Assembly: GCA_963664225.1 (NCBI GenBank)
Contig: OY760937.1
Span: 2,560,001-2,624,000, forward strand
Source: Verrucomicrobiia bacterium
GTDB lineage: Bacteria; Verrucomicrobiota; Verrucomicrobiia; Limisphaerales; UBA1319
Length of the DNA: 64,000 nucleotides
Reading direction: 5' to 3'
The notes under the pieces are model-generated. The model saw only the letters and a program-made list of their open reading frames with translations, was not told the origin of the DNA and did no database searches. The translations under genes and the position numbers were made by a program. The first letter of the stretch is position 1, and each line of letters opens with the position of its first letter. Positions 40,562-51,041 of this stretch are shown here, piece by piece.

Positions 40562-41047
40562 ATGATGAAAAGTCGACCATCCTATGGTTTCACTCCTATG
40601 CGTATTATCCTGATCACGACAATTATTATTTTGCTCGTTTGTGCAGGATTGTATTTTCCACAAGGTAATGCCCACGCACGCGGTCATGCATTAGTCGATC
40701 AACGCACAAAATTGGTGCATACATTTGAGGGATTGCAGATGCTAGTCATGGAGGACCCAGATGTTTTGAAACGAATCGATACAAACGGAGTTGTCATTTT
40801 AGAGTCCCAAATGATGGAAATCATTCGCACAAGCAAACGAGGCGATGACTTGATGAAGTGGATGAACCTGGGAAGTTACAACTGCTTTATGGATGTTTGG
40901 AAACACCCACTACGGTTTAGATTTGAAAGAGTCGATACGCTTTCTGGTAAAGCCGAAGTAATGGTCTGGAGCATAGGCCCGAATGGCATTGATGAGAACG
41001 GAAAAGGCGATGACCTTGTGATATCAGGCGAGGTGTTTAAGCCATAG
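40562..41047 (+). CDS. Lower-GC membrane-anchored protein with a GspG-C-terminal-like motif
   Basis: One N-terminal TM; DVWKHPL...VWSIGPNGIDENGKGDDL. Confidence 0.6.
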   Translation: MMKSRPSYGFTPMRIILITTIIILLVCAGLYFPQGNAHARGHALVDQRTKLVHTFEGLQMLVMEDPDVLKRIDTNGVVILESQMMEIIRTSKRGDDLMKWMNLGSYNCFMDVWKHPLRFRFERVDTLSGKAEVMVWSIGPNGIDENGKGDDLVISGEVFKP

Positions 41048-41123
41048 CGCGAGAGCAACACGACACCCTCGCTGTGAACGGGTCAGTCCTATAATCTTTG
41101 CATCAGGTAGCTGCAGCCGCACT

Positions 41124-41798
41124 CTACCGCCTCGCCGCAATTTCAATCTGCGCCTTGTTTTTGGCCATGTGGCCGGACGGAAGAATCCCGCGCCAGTTCG
41201 TATTCGGATAAACCACGGAATTGCGACCGATGATCGTGCCCGGATTCAGCACCGCGTTGCATCCGATGTCCGTGTGGTCCCCGAGCAGCGCGCCGAATTT
41301 GCGCAAGCCCGTGTCGTATTTCTGCCCCTCCCACTCCAGGATCACATTGCCCGGCACCAGCTTGACATTGGAGATTTTCACGCCCGCGCCGCAATGGGCC
41401 TTGTAGCCGAAAATCGAATCGCCCACGTAATTGAAATGCGGCACCTGGCATTTGTTGAAAAGCAGCGCGTTCTTGAACTCGCAGGAATTGCCGATCACGC
41501 AGCCGTCGCCGATGATGACCTGCTCGCGGATATAGGCATTGTGGCGAATCTCGCAGTTGCGTCCAATGATCGCCGGCCCCTTGATCATCACCCCCGGTTC
41601 GACCACCGTGCCCTCGCCGATGAACACATCCGGCCCAATAAAGCAGGGGCCGATCTCGCGATGAAAGCGCCCCGGTTTCAGATTCGCGGCGATGTATTCC
41701 TTGATCCGCTTCAACGCATCCCAGGCATGCGTGCATCCGTCGAAAATGTCGGCATGTTCCGTTTGCGATAAATCAAAAAGGTCCGTCGGTCCAAGCAT
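41124..41798 (-). CDS. Hexapeptide-repeat acyltransferase, GlmU C-terminal-like
   Basis: Left-handed beta-helix repeats; PHFNYVGDS and RKFGALLGD...GCNAVLNPG. Confidence 0.85.
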   Translation of the reverse strand: MLGPTDLFDLSQTEHADIFDGCTHAWDALKRIKEYIAANLKPGRFHREIGPCFIGPDVFIGEGTVVEPGVMIKGPAIIGRNCEIRHNAYIREQVIIGDGCVIGNSCEFKNALLFNKCQVPHFNYVGDSIFGYKAHCGAGVKISNVKLVPGNVILEWEGQKYDTGLRKFGALLGDHTDIGCNAVLNPGTIIGRNSVVYPNTNWRGILPSGHMAKNKAQIEIAARR

Positions 41799-41985
41799 GC
41801 GCGCAGTTTAGAATGCCCGCCCCGGACCGCAACGCAAAAGCGCGAGAGTTCTTCCCGCCTTACAGAAGAATTTTATCGTGCGCACGTGCTGGTCTATGAC
41901 CGGCTTCGCGTGTTGCCAGCCATACCAACCCCATCCCATCGAGTATTCAGGTGCGATTTGCGATATGGTTTGGTAGAACGTCGCC

Positions 41986-43746
41986 ATGAAATCTGAAAAT
42001 GCAACCAAACCCGGCATTCTCCTTTGTGCCGCCCTGGCACTGGCCACCGCCGCGCAGGCTGGGACACTCGTCGTCAATCCCGCTCTGGCGGGCGCGAACG
42101 ATGCCAATCCGGGATCGGACACGCAGCCTCTGCGCAGCATCAGTCGCGCGGCGGCGCTGGTTCAGCCGGGCGATGTGGTGACGATTTACTCCGGCGTTTA
42201 CCGGGAGCAGGTGGCCATCAAGCAATCCGGGACACAGGACCAGCCGATTCGTTTTGAAGCGGCGCCGGGCGCGAAGGTGGTGGTCACGGGCGCCGATGTT
42301 CTCACGGGCTGGATCAAGGACCAGGCCAGCGATCACTCCTACAGCATTGACTGGCCGCACCAGCTTTTCCAGGGGGACGACCATAATCCGCGCGGTACGG
42401 AGCAGGTGTTCGTGAACCGCCAGTTGTATGTGAAGGTCCCGAGTCTTGCGGCCATGACGAACGGAACGTTCTTCGTCGATCTGGCCGCCAAGCGCCTCCA
42501 TCTGTTCGCCACGCGCAATCCGGACGAAGACCCGGCCCTGCAACCGGTGGAGGGTTCCACGCGGGCGGCGATCTGGACCGTCACCGGCTCCGATGTTCAC
42601 ACGCGGGGTTTGTGCTTCCGTTATTCCGCCAGCCGCGCCCAGCAGGGAATGGCCCAATTCAAGGGTGCGCGGGATGTGGTGGAGGACTGCGTTTTCGAAT
42701 GGGCCAACAGCACGGGGGCCACACTCAGCGCCCCGGACATCACGATGCGGCGCTGCATTTTCCAGGACAACGGCCAGCAGGGTTTTTCCGGCAGCCGGAA
42801 CGATCGTTTGCTCCTGGACGGCTGCACCGCGCAGCGGAACAACAACAAGGAATTTCCCAGGGGCTGGGAGGCGGGCGGCAACAAGATGTGCTTTAGCCGG
42901 GATGTGGTTTACGAGAATTGCCGTTTCATCAATAACCACGGCTGCGGCGTGTGGTTCGACATCAGCAACGTGGACGCGACCATCCGCAACTGTCTCATTG
43001 CCGACAACGAGGACGCGGGGATTTTCTACGAGATCAGCTACGGTTTGCACGCTTATGACAACGTGATTGTCGGCAACGGCATGCGCCCGAGCCAGGGTTC
43101 CTGGGGCGCGAACGGCGGCGTGTGCATCTCGAGTTCGCCCGGCTGCGTGATCGAGCGCAACCTGATCATCGGCAACGGGCAGGGCTTTTGCTTCCGCGAG
43201 CAGAATCGCACCACACCCCCCATCGATGGCGCCAAAGGTCCCGAAGTGGCGGTGTGGAATCACGACGAAGTGGTTCGCAACAATCTCCTCGTCAACAACC
43301 ACAGCGCCGAGGTTCAGGGATGGTTCGACATCGACACGGAACGCCACTGGCCCAAGGCGATGCAGACGGGCAAGGGGGACGCAAAGAAGGCCAGGGAAGA
43401 TGTGGCCGCCGGTTACCAGGCGAAAACGGATGGCGTCCCGGCCGGTCTCAGCCTCGAGGATTTGAAGATCACCTTTCAGGACAACGTGTATGCGCACACG
43501 GCGAACCAGCCGTTCTTCATCTGGGGCGTCGATTGGAAACCCAGGAAAATGTTCAAGGACGTTCCCAGCCTGATTGCCGCGCTCGGTTTTGAGACGCAAT
43601 CCAGCCAGATGCTCTCTTCATTCCTGGTGGACGTTGCAAAGCGCGATTTCCGCCTGCCGAAGGAGTTTCTTGAGATCGTCAAACAGGCTTATCCCCAAGG
43701 GAAGGTGCCGGATTGCGCGATGGGAATTGCCCCGGGCAAAGAATAG
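41986..43746 (+). CDS. Secreted right-handed parallel beta-helix protein
   Basis: D.NPGS...PLRSI..AA...QPGD.V....GVYRE; GVWFD and GIFYEIS repeats. Confidence 0.85.
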   Translation: MKSENATKPGILLCAALALATAAQAGTLVVNPALAGANDANPGSDTQPLRSISRAAALVQPGDVVTIYSGVYREQVAIKQSGTQDQPIRFEAAPGAKVVVTGADVLTGWIKDQASDHSYSIDWPHQLFQGDDHNPRGTEQVFVNRQLYVKVPSLAAMTNGTFFVDLAAKRLHLFATRNPDEDPALQPVEGSTRAAIWTVTGSDVHTRGLCFRYSASRAQQGMAQFKGARDVVEDCVFEWANSTGATLSAPDITMRRCIFQDNGQQGFSGSRNDRLLLDGCTAQRNNNKEFPRGWEAGGNKMCFSRDVVYENCRFINNHGCGVWFDISNVDATIRNCLIADNEDAGIFYEISYGLHAYDNVIVGNGMRPSQGSWGANGGVCISSSPGCVIERNLIIGNGQGFCFREQNRTTPPIDGAKGPEVAVWNHDEVVRNNLLVNNHSAEVQGWFDIDTERHWPKAMQTGKGDAKKAREDVAAGYQAKTDGVPAGLSLEDLKITFQDNVYAHTANQPFFIWGVDWKPRKMFKDVPSLIAALGFETQSSQMLSSFLVDVAKRDFRLPKEFLEIVKQAYPQGKVPDCAMGIAPGKE

Positions 43747-43791
43747 TGAATTTGGTGTAAAGCCCGGAAATGCCCATGAAACACGGGCATG

Positions 43792-43821
43792 AAAAAAGGC
43801 GCCTGAAAACCAGGCGCCTTT
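43792..43821. terminator. Terminator between convergent genes
   Basis: aaaaaaggcgcctg-aaaac-caggcgccttt. Confidence 0.8.
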
Positions 43822-43847
43822 GTGTTAAAGGGAAACTTCAGTGAGAC

Positions 43848-45659
43848 CTACTTGGCCAGGCGGGCGCGCAGGTTGGTCAACTGATCGTTCATTGCGGGGG
43901 GCAGAGTGGCGCCGAACTTCGCATAGTTGGTTGCAATGTCCTCGACCTCGTTCTTCCAGCCCTGGATATCCACGGCGAGCAGTTGCTTGATGTCATCGGC
44001 GGTGACCGTCGAGTTCGACAGATCCAGCGCGCCGGGGGCGGGCAGGAAGCCGATCGGGGTTTCCACGGCCTTGCCGGTTCCGTCGATGCGCTCGCAAATC
44101 CATTTGAGGACGCGGCTGTTATCACCGAAGCCGGGCCAGAGCCATTTGCCTTCGGGGCTCTTGCGGAACCAGTTGACGAAGTAAATCTTCGGCAGCTTGG
44201 CGCGATCCGTGCGTTTGGCGAAGGAGAGCCAGTGAGCGAAGTAGTCGCCCATGTTGTAGCCGCAGAAAGGCAGCATGGCGAAGGGATCGCGGCGCAGGAC
44301 GCCGGCTTTGCCCAGGGCGGCGGCGGTCGTTTCCGAACCGGCCGCGGAACCCATGAACACACCGTGTTCCCAACTGACGGACTCGTTGACCAGGGGGATG
44401 GTGCTCGGACGGCGGCCACCGAACAGAATCGCGGAAATAGGAACACCAGCGGGATTTTCCCATTCGGGATCGATCACCGGGCACTGGGCGGCGGGGGCAG
44501 TGAAACGGGAGTTGCCATGAGCGGCCTTGCGCCCGCAGTCCGGAGTCCATTCCTTGCCTTCCCAGTCGATCGCCTTGGCGGGGGCGGGAACACCCATGTC
44601 CTCCCACCAGACATCGCCTTCGGGCGTGAGGGCCACGTTGGTGAAGATCGTGTTTTTGGCGACCGTCAACATTGCGTTGGGGTTGGAATTCATCGAGGTG
44701 CCCGGCGCCACGCCGAAGAAACCCTTCTCGGGATTGACGGCGTAGAGGCGGCCATCCGCTCCGATGCGAATCCAGGCGATGTCGTCGCCCAGGGTGCGGA
44801 CTGTCCAGCCCGGCAGGGAGGGGAGCATCATGGCCAGGTTGGTCTTGCCGCAAGCGCTGGGGAAGGCGGCGCAGACATACTTGGTTTTGCCCTCGGGAGA
44901 GGTCAGCGCGAGGATGAGCATGTGCTCGGCCATCCAGCCTTCATCGTGAGCAATGACGGAGGCGATGCGCAGCGCGAGACATTTCTTGCCCAGCAAGGCG
45001 TTGCCGCCGTAGCCCGAACCGAACGACCAGATGGCGCGGTCCTCGGGGAAATGCACAATGTACTTCTTGGCGGGATCCGGCTCGCAGGGCCAGGGCACAT
45101 CTTTTTGGCCGGGCTGGAGCGGGGCGCCCACGGAATGGACGCAGGGAATGAAGTCCCCGTTGCCCAGGGCGTTCATGGCTTCGGTGCCCATGCGGGTCAT
45201 CGTGCGCATGTTGACGACGACGTAAGGGGAGTCGGACAGTTCGATGCCGATTTTCGCCACAGGTGAACCGATCGGGCCCATCGAGAAGGGGATCACGTAC
45301 ATCGTGCGGCCCTTCATGCAACCCTTGAAGAGGGTCTGCAAAGTCTTTTTGGCCTCAACGGGATCCGCCCAGTTATTGGTGGGACCGGCATCCTCTTTTT
45401 TGCGCGAGCAGATGAAAGTGCGGTCCTCGACACGGGCGACATCGCTGGCGTGGGAACGGGCCAGATAGCAGCCGGGACGGAGTTTTTCGTTGAGCTTGGT
45501 GAAAGTGCCGCTTGCGACCATCAGATCGCACAAATTTTGATTTTCCTTCTCCGAGCCATCGCACCAATAAATGCGGTCAGGCTGACACAAAGCGGCGATG
45601 TCGTTGACCCAGGAGATGAGTTTTGTGTTTTTGGTATTACAATTTCCGAGTGTTGCCAT
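43848..45659 (-). CDS. pckG: Phosphoenolpyruvate carboxykinase (GTP)
   Basis: [41 protein letters not shown] and [12 protein letters not shown]. Confidence 0.97.
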   Translation of the reverse strand: MATLGNCNTKNTKLISWVNDIAALCQPDRIYWCDGSEKENQNLCDLMVASGTFTKLNEKLRPGCYLARSHASDVARVEDRTFICSRKKEDAGPTNNWADPVEAKKTLQTLFKGCMKGRTMYVIPFSMGPIGSPVAKIGIELSDSPYVVVNMRTMTRMGTEAMNALGNGDFIPCVHSVGAPLQPGQKDVPWPCEPDPAKKYIVHFPEDRAIWSFGSGYGGNALLGKKCLALRIASVIAHDEGWMAEHMLILALTSPEGKTKYVCAAFPSACGKTNLAMMLPSLPGWTVRTLGDDIAWIRIGADGRLYAVNPEKGFFGVAPGTSMNSNPNAMLTVAKNTIFTNVALTPEGDVWWEDMGVPAPAKAIDWEGKEWTPDCGRKAAHGNSRFTAPAAQCPVIDPEWENPAGVPISAILFGGRRPSTIPLVNESVSWEHGVFMGSAAGSETTAAALGKAGVLRRDPFAMLPFCGYNMGDYFAHWLSFAKRTDRAKLPKIYFVNWFRKSPEGKWLWPGFGDNSRVLKWICERIDGTGKAVETPIGFLPAPGALDLSNSTVTADDIKQLLAVDIQGWKNEVEDIATNYAKFGATLPPAMNDQLTNLRARLAK

Positions 45660-46337
45660 AGATATTATCGATAATCATTGCTGCACACGCTGCGTTTTGC
45701 GTGCAAACGCGCTACCGCCGCCGCGTGCAAGAACCCCCTGCTTTTTGAACTGCAAGCATGCCAGGAGCCATCGCGAACGCGCGGCCTCTTAATTGGCGGC
45801 GGAGAGTAGCGCCAGCGAGAACTGAATGCAAGCCTCAAATAAAATAAATGAACTTTCCGGGGCGCTTCGAGTGAGGTTCGAGCAAACTGCGGATCAGGAC
45901 ATGAGGGGCGCAACCATTTCTTCACGAGGCTCATGGCCGGGTTGCAGCCCAATCATGAGCCTTGAATGCGGCCCTGGCGCGATGATCGGGGGTTCCGCAG
46001 AGACCCCGCAGGACGGGAGCGCTTTTCGGCGGAACAAATGTGACCCGAGCACGGTTTCATTGTTTTTTCGCAAGGCGCAGGGCAAACATCGCTCTCCGGC
46101 TCGAAAGGCGGGCGGGGATTTTGGAGATCTTTTCATGATGACGAATTCGCTTGTCTGGCGCTTTGGCGATGGCAGAGTATGCGCCCGATGGATCGCGGCC
46201 CTTGGGGGCGCATGCCGACCTTTTTGGCTTGGACGGCGCTTTAGGGTTGATCTTTCGCGCCGCCAGTGTCAGATTCTGGCGTCGATTCGGCGGGTGGCCT
46301 GCTGCAGGCGGGCTGAAAACCCTGTCGATTCAAGTTT

Positions 46338-46413
<76 letters not shown>

Positions 46414-46639
46414 CTTTTTTCAAATTCACTCCCCTCAAAAAAGCTGATGATTGTTTTAATCGCATTTACCTTTATCGATGGGATCTCGATCCCGGTTCAA
46501 TCGCTGGCTTTCCATCCAGAACACGATATCGTGCATTTTATCTTGTCTTATCAATGAGAGCTTGTTACTATGACGCCATAAGCTGGATTAAAGCCATGGA
46601 ATAACGACCGATTCAACTGGGCTGAGGAAAATCATTAAG

Positions 46640-48022
46640 ATGAGATTCATCAAAACATTTTCTGCAATTGTGGCGGCATTTGCGGGTTTTTTCCTTTGCG
46701 CGTCCGCACAAGCCCAATTCGATTACACGACCAATAACGGCACCATCACCATCACCAAATACACTGGCCAAGGCGGTGCAGTGACCATTCCTGACACAAT
46801 CAGTGGTCTGCCGGTCGCCACCATTGGAACCAATGCGTTTTATCGCTGTGATAGCCTGACCAACATTACGATAGGCACCAGTGTCACCAGCATTGAAAAC
46901 TCGGCTTTCTCTAGCTGCCACAGTTTGATAAACGTCACGATTCCAAATAGCCTTTGCAGCATTGGGATTTATGCGTTCTTTTGGTGCAGCAGCCTGACCA
47001 ATATGACTATCCCAAACGGCGTTACTAACATCGGAAGCGGTGCGTTTAGTCAATGTTCCAACCTGTCCAAAATCACGATCCCCAACAGCGTTATCAGCAT
47101 CGGGAACAATGCTTTTTCCTTTTGTTCCAGCCTGGCCAGCATCACGATCCCCAATAGTGTCGTCAGCATTGGAAGCTGTGCGTTTGCGCCCTGTCCCAAT
47201 TTGGAAGCAATCGCCGTGAATGAAAACAACTCCACCTATAGCAGCCTGGCTGGTGTATTGTTCGACAAGAGTCAGGCCACGCTGATTCAATATCCGGGGA
47301 GCCAATCCAGAATCTATACGGTCCCCAACAGTGTTACCCGCATCGGGGATTCCGCGTTCTCTGACTGCTATAGCCTGGCCAGCGTCACAATCCCCAACAG
47401 CGTTACTAACATCGGGGACGGAACGTTCCATAGGTGTTGCAGTCTGACCAATGTCACGCTTCCCAACAATCTCACCAATATCGGTGATGGAATGTTCTTT
47501 GCCTGTATTAGGCTGAATAGTGTCACAATCCCCAACAGCGTCACCAGAATCGGTGGTTCTGCGTTCTACTACTGTGAAAATTTAACCAACGTTACGATCC
47601 CTAATACCGTCACCACTTTAGGTGATGCTGCGTTCCTTGACTGTATCAGCCTGACTCACATCTATTTTCAAGGTGACGCCCCCAGCCTTGAAAGACATTT
47701 GTGCTTCAATGGCTCCAATGCGACCATCTATTATCTACCGGGCACCACCGGCTGGGGCACTACCTACGGCAGTCGTCCGACTGCATTGTGGACACCGCTG
47801 GTACAAACCACCGATGCCACCTTTGGCGTGAGGAGCAATCAATTCGGTTTTAACATCAACTGGGCCAGTGGACAAACCGTCGTGGTGGAAGCCTGCACAA
47901 ATCCGGTCAATCCCACATGGTCTGCCCTGCAAACCAAAACCCTTACCGATGACTCCTTCTATTTCAGCGATCCCGAGTGGACGAATTATCCCACACGCAT
48001 CTACCGTCTGCGAGTTCCGTAG
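46640..48022 (+). CDS. BspA-type (LRR_5) leucine-rich repeat surface protein
   Basis: Signal peptide; 23-aa repeats (TIPNSVTxIGxxAFxxCxxL); conserved C-terminal domain. Confidence 0.92.
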   Translation: MRFIKTFSAIVAAFAGFFLCASAQAQFDYTTNNGTITITKYTGQGGAVTIPDTISGLPVATIGTNAFYRCDSLTNITIGTSVTSIENSAFSSCHSLINVTIPNSLCSIGIYAFFWCSSLTNMTIPNGVTNIGSGAFSQCSNLSKITIPNSVISIGNNAFSFCSSLASITIPNSVVSIGSCAFAPCPNLEAIAVNENNSTYSSLAGVLFDKSQATLIQYPGSQSRIYTVPNSVTRIGDSAFSDCYSLASVTIPNSVTNIGDGTFHRCCSLTNVTLPNNLTNIGDGMFFACIRLNSVTIPNSVTRIGGSAFYYCENLTNVTIPNTVTTLGDAAFLDCISLTHIYFQGDAPSLERHLCFNGSNATIYYLPGTTGWGTTYGSRPTALWTPLVQTTDATFGVRSNQFGFNINWASGQTVVVEACTNPVNPTWSALQTKTLTDDSFYFSDPEWTNYPTRIYRLRVP

Positions 48023-48041
48023 GGATGGAGACGTTTTCACC

Positions 48042-48081
48042 GGTTTCCGGTTCAAGTCCGGACCGAGGCACCACTTTTTTC
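48042..48081 (+). repeat. 40-bp direct repeat of the tRNA-Lys 3' end (attR-like; partner 46382-46421)
   Basis: ggtttccggttcaagtccggaccgaggcaccacttttttc is present at both sites. Confidence 0.95.
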
Positions 48082-48231
48082 TCCGCATTCTCCCCTTCGC
48101 ATTCGAACGTTTTTCAGAATTACCAACGGTGGATCCATTGCCACCGGATGCGGCGGATTATTTCTCCCGGGTGGTGGGGCGCGTGATTATTCTTGTCAGG
48201 TTTCTCCATTGGCGGCTGTTTATTGATTGAG

Positions 48232-49650
48232 ATGCAGACGAATTCAGACGCCCAGTTGCTCCGTGAATACACCGAAAATGGTGGTGAGGCGGCTTTCACC
48301 GAAATCGTCTCCCGGCACATGGATCTGGTGTATTCGGCGGCGCTGAGGCAGGTGGCATCGCCTGATCTTGCCCGCGATGTGGCCCAAAGCGTTTTTATCG
48401 ATCTTGCCCGCAAAGCACCGTCTCTGGTGCGTAAGCAAGACTCTGGCACCTGGTTGATTGGATGGCTTTACCGCAGCACGCGGTTTGCGGCACTGACGTT
48501 GGTGCGCGGCGAGCGTCGCCGCGAGGCGCGCGAAATTCAAGCCATGCAAGACTCCAATCCTGATTCTGAAGTATCACCTGACTGGGACCACGTTCGGCCC
48601 AATTTGGACGAAGCGATGGCGAGCCTGAGCGCTGCGGATCGGGATGCGTTGCTGATGCGGTTCTTCAAAAACCAGGATTATCGAGCGGTCGGCGCGGCCA
48701 TCGGGGTCAGCGAAAACACGGCGCAGCAGCGTGTATTGCGCGCGCTCGAGAAGCTCCGCAAGAGCCTGGCGCGCCAGGGAATCACAACCTCCACCGCCGC
48801 GCTTTCCATGGCCCTTTCCGCCAATGCCGTTCAGGCCGCGCCTGTCGGACTGGCCGCGACCATTTCCGCACTGGCCGTGATGGCCGGTCCCGCCCTATCC
48901 ACCACAACCGCAATCGCCGCCGTAAAAACCATTGCCATGACCACTCTACAAAAGACGTTGATCACCGCGACCCTCGCCGCCGCTGTGGGAACAGGAATCT
49001 ATGAAGCCCGCCAGGCTTCCAGTTTGCGATGCCGTGTCCAGACCCTCGAACAAGAGCAAGCGCCACTGATGGCGCAAATTCAGAAGTTACAGCAGGAACG
49101 CAACGACGCCACGAACCAGTTGGCGCTGATGTCCGAGGCCACGTCCCGCGCCAATAGCAATACGATCGAACTGCTCCGGCTTCGCAGCGCCGTGGGAACG
49201 CTGCGCCAGCGCACCAACGAGCTGGGCAAACTGTTGCAGGACACGGTGGCGGCGAATCAAACATCGCAGGGGTCACTTGGACAGACCAACTTCCCGAGGG
49301 ATTCCTGGACTTTCGCCGGGTTTGCCACGCCCGAGGATGCGATTCAATCCTTTATGTGGGCCAAGAGCCGCGGCGAGGTGAAAACGGCTTTAAGCTCGGC
49401 CACACCGGAGCTGAAGCAGGAATTAATGGTTCGCTATTTCAAAGACAAAACGGACGAGGAGATCTCGGCGGCGTTGATTGATTCGGCAAAGGATCAAACG
49501 GGAATTCAAGTTCTAAAGAAGATGGCAGCGGCGGAAGATCAAGTCGTTTATCAAATCCACATTGATGGAACGCCCGATGCTTCCTACTCGCTGTTGACGA
49601 TGAAGAAAATTGATGGCGAATGGAAAGTCTCCGGCAACGAGGATCGCTAA
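48232..49650 (+). CDS. ECF sigma-70 factor with long C-terminal extension
   Basis: Region 2 (AFTEIV.RH..LVYSAALR, DVAQSVF..LARKA, GWLYR) and region 4; then an Ala-rich hydrophobic stretch, a coiled coil and a globular tail. Confidence 0.9.
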   Translation: MQTNSDAQLLREYTENGGEAAFTEIVSRHMDLVYSAALRQVASPDLARDVAQSVFIDLARKAPSLVRKQDSGTWLIGWLYRSTRFAALTLVRGERRREAREIQAMQDSNPDSEVSPDWDHVRPNLDEAMASLSAADRDALLMRFFKNQDYRAVGAAIGVSENTAQQRVLRALEKLRKSLARQGITTSTAALSMALSANAVQAAPVGLAATISALAVMAGPALSTTTAIAAVKTIAMTTLQKTLITATLAAAVGTGIYEARQASSLRCRVQTLEQEQAPLMAQIQKLQQERNDATNQLALMSEATSRANSNTIELLRLRSAVGTLRQRTNELGKLLQDTVAANQTSQGSLGQTNFPRDSWTFAGFATPEDAIQSFMWAKSRGEVKTALSSATPELKQELMVRYFKDKTDEEISAALIDSAKDQTGIQVLKKMAAAEDQVVYQIHIDGTPDASYSLLTMKKIDGEWKVSGNEDR

Positions 49651-49844
49651 AATGGAAGTGAGACTGCAACGGCAGTAGAATCTCTAACGGGCTTCGCTAT
49701 TTTCCACCGCCTGAATATTGTCCTGCGCCTGCTGCATCTGGAGATTCAAAAGCGCGATGGTCAGAGGCGGGCAAAGCCACTACATTTGGGCATTGCCTGT
49801 CACCTGTGAGAATGATTTTCAGATTGTGACCGTGCGCTTATAAA

Positions 49845-50915
49845 ATGAAAACAGACTTTTTCCGCCTTCTCTTTGGAACGATGCAGGCGTGGGTTGCGAT
49901 GGCGGGGGTGGCTCTGCCGCTTGGGGCCGCTGAATTCAAGCCGGGCGAGGTCTGGCTGGACACCGAGGGCAAGCCGATCCAGGCGCATGGCGGCGGGATA
50001 CTGGTTCAGGAGGGCGCCTACTATTGGTATGGCGAGGATAAAACGCTCGGGAACATGAACAAGACGGGCATCTCGTGCTACTCCTCCACGAATCTTTACG
50101 ACTGGAAGCATGTGGGAGTCGTATTGCCCAAGGAAGCCATGCCGCCGCAATTTCAGGATCGCGGAGTCGTGGAGCGGCCCAAAGTCCTCTACAATGCGCG
50201 GACCCGAAAATACGTGATGTGGATGCATCTGGACGATCGGGGTTATCACGCGGCCAGCGCGGGCATTGCCACAGCGGATTCCCCTGCCGGACCTTTTGTG
50301 TTCCTGCATAAAATGCGGCCCATTCAATTCGACGTCGGTTATAAGGAGACCGATCCGGATCACCAAAAAGAGCTTGGCGGGACGTATCGCGACATGAACC
50401 TGTTCCTGGACAGCGACGGCAAGGCGTATGCGTTTTATGCGTCGGAGGGAAACGCCACGCTGTATGTGGTGCGATTAAACGAGGACTTCACCGGACCGCA
50501 AACTCCGGCGGAACAAGGCAAGACCTGGGCCCGGGTACGGGTGGGCGAGTTTCAAGAAGCTCCCGCGCCATTCAAGCATGGGAACCGCTACTATTTGATC
50601 ACATCGCATTGCACCGGTTGGGCTCCAAATCCCGCCAGCTACGCGGTGGCCGACAACATACTTGGACCCTGGGTGGTCAAGGGCAATCCGTGCGTGGGCG
50701 CTGAAGCGGAAACCACGTTTCGTTCTCAAAGCACCTTTGTCCTGCCGGTGGCCGGTAAACCCGGATGCTTTATTTTCATGGCGGATCGGTGGTTGAGCAA
50801 AACCCTGCAAGACTCCCGATATATCTGGCTGCCGCTCATTCTCAAGCCGGACGGTTCGTTTACATTGGAGTGGCGGGATCAATGGGATTTGTCGGTGCTT
50901 GACAGCACAAAGTAG
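49845..50915 (+). CDS. Glycoside hydrolase family 43 (subfamily 24-like)
   Basis: IQAHGGGI, YYWYGE, ERPKV.YN, RDMNLF, EAPA.FK and SQSTF. Confidence 0.88.
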   Translation: MKTDFFRLLFGTMQAWVAMAGVALPLGAAEFKPGEVWLDTEGKPIQAHGGGILVQEGAYYWYGEDKTLGNMNKTGISCYSSTNLYDWKHVGVVLPKEAMPPQFQDRGVVERPKVLYNARTRKYVMWMHLDDRGYHAASAGIATADSPAGPFVFLHKMRPIQFDVGYKETDPDHQKELGGTYRDMNLFLDSDGKAYAFYASEGNATLYVVRLNEDFTGPQTPAEQGKTWARVRVGEFQEAPAPFKHGNRYYLITSHCTGWAPNPASYAVADNILGPWVVKGNPCVGAEAETTFRSQSTFVLPVAGKPGCFIFMADRWLSKTLQDSRYIWLPLILKPDGSFTLEWRDQWDLSVLDSTK

Positions 50916-51041
50916 CATGGCCTCGATATCAGAATCCATGGGTGGATTCCGGTTCTGGAGCCAACGCGTCAATGTTGGATTCAAGTGTGCTGGCTGATTA
51001 TTTGTTTGACATAACGGACCGTTTTCGTTACACACGTAATC

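Noticed and set aside
45660..46337. ncRNA or gene in the long pckG-tRNA intergenic region
   Set aside because: Only short palindromes and unconvincing ORFs; no recognisable RNA family.
48042..48073. Second tRNA gene
   Set aside because: Only the variable loop, T arm and 3' acceptor strand are present; it is an att-like duplicate.
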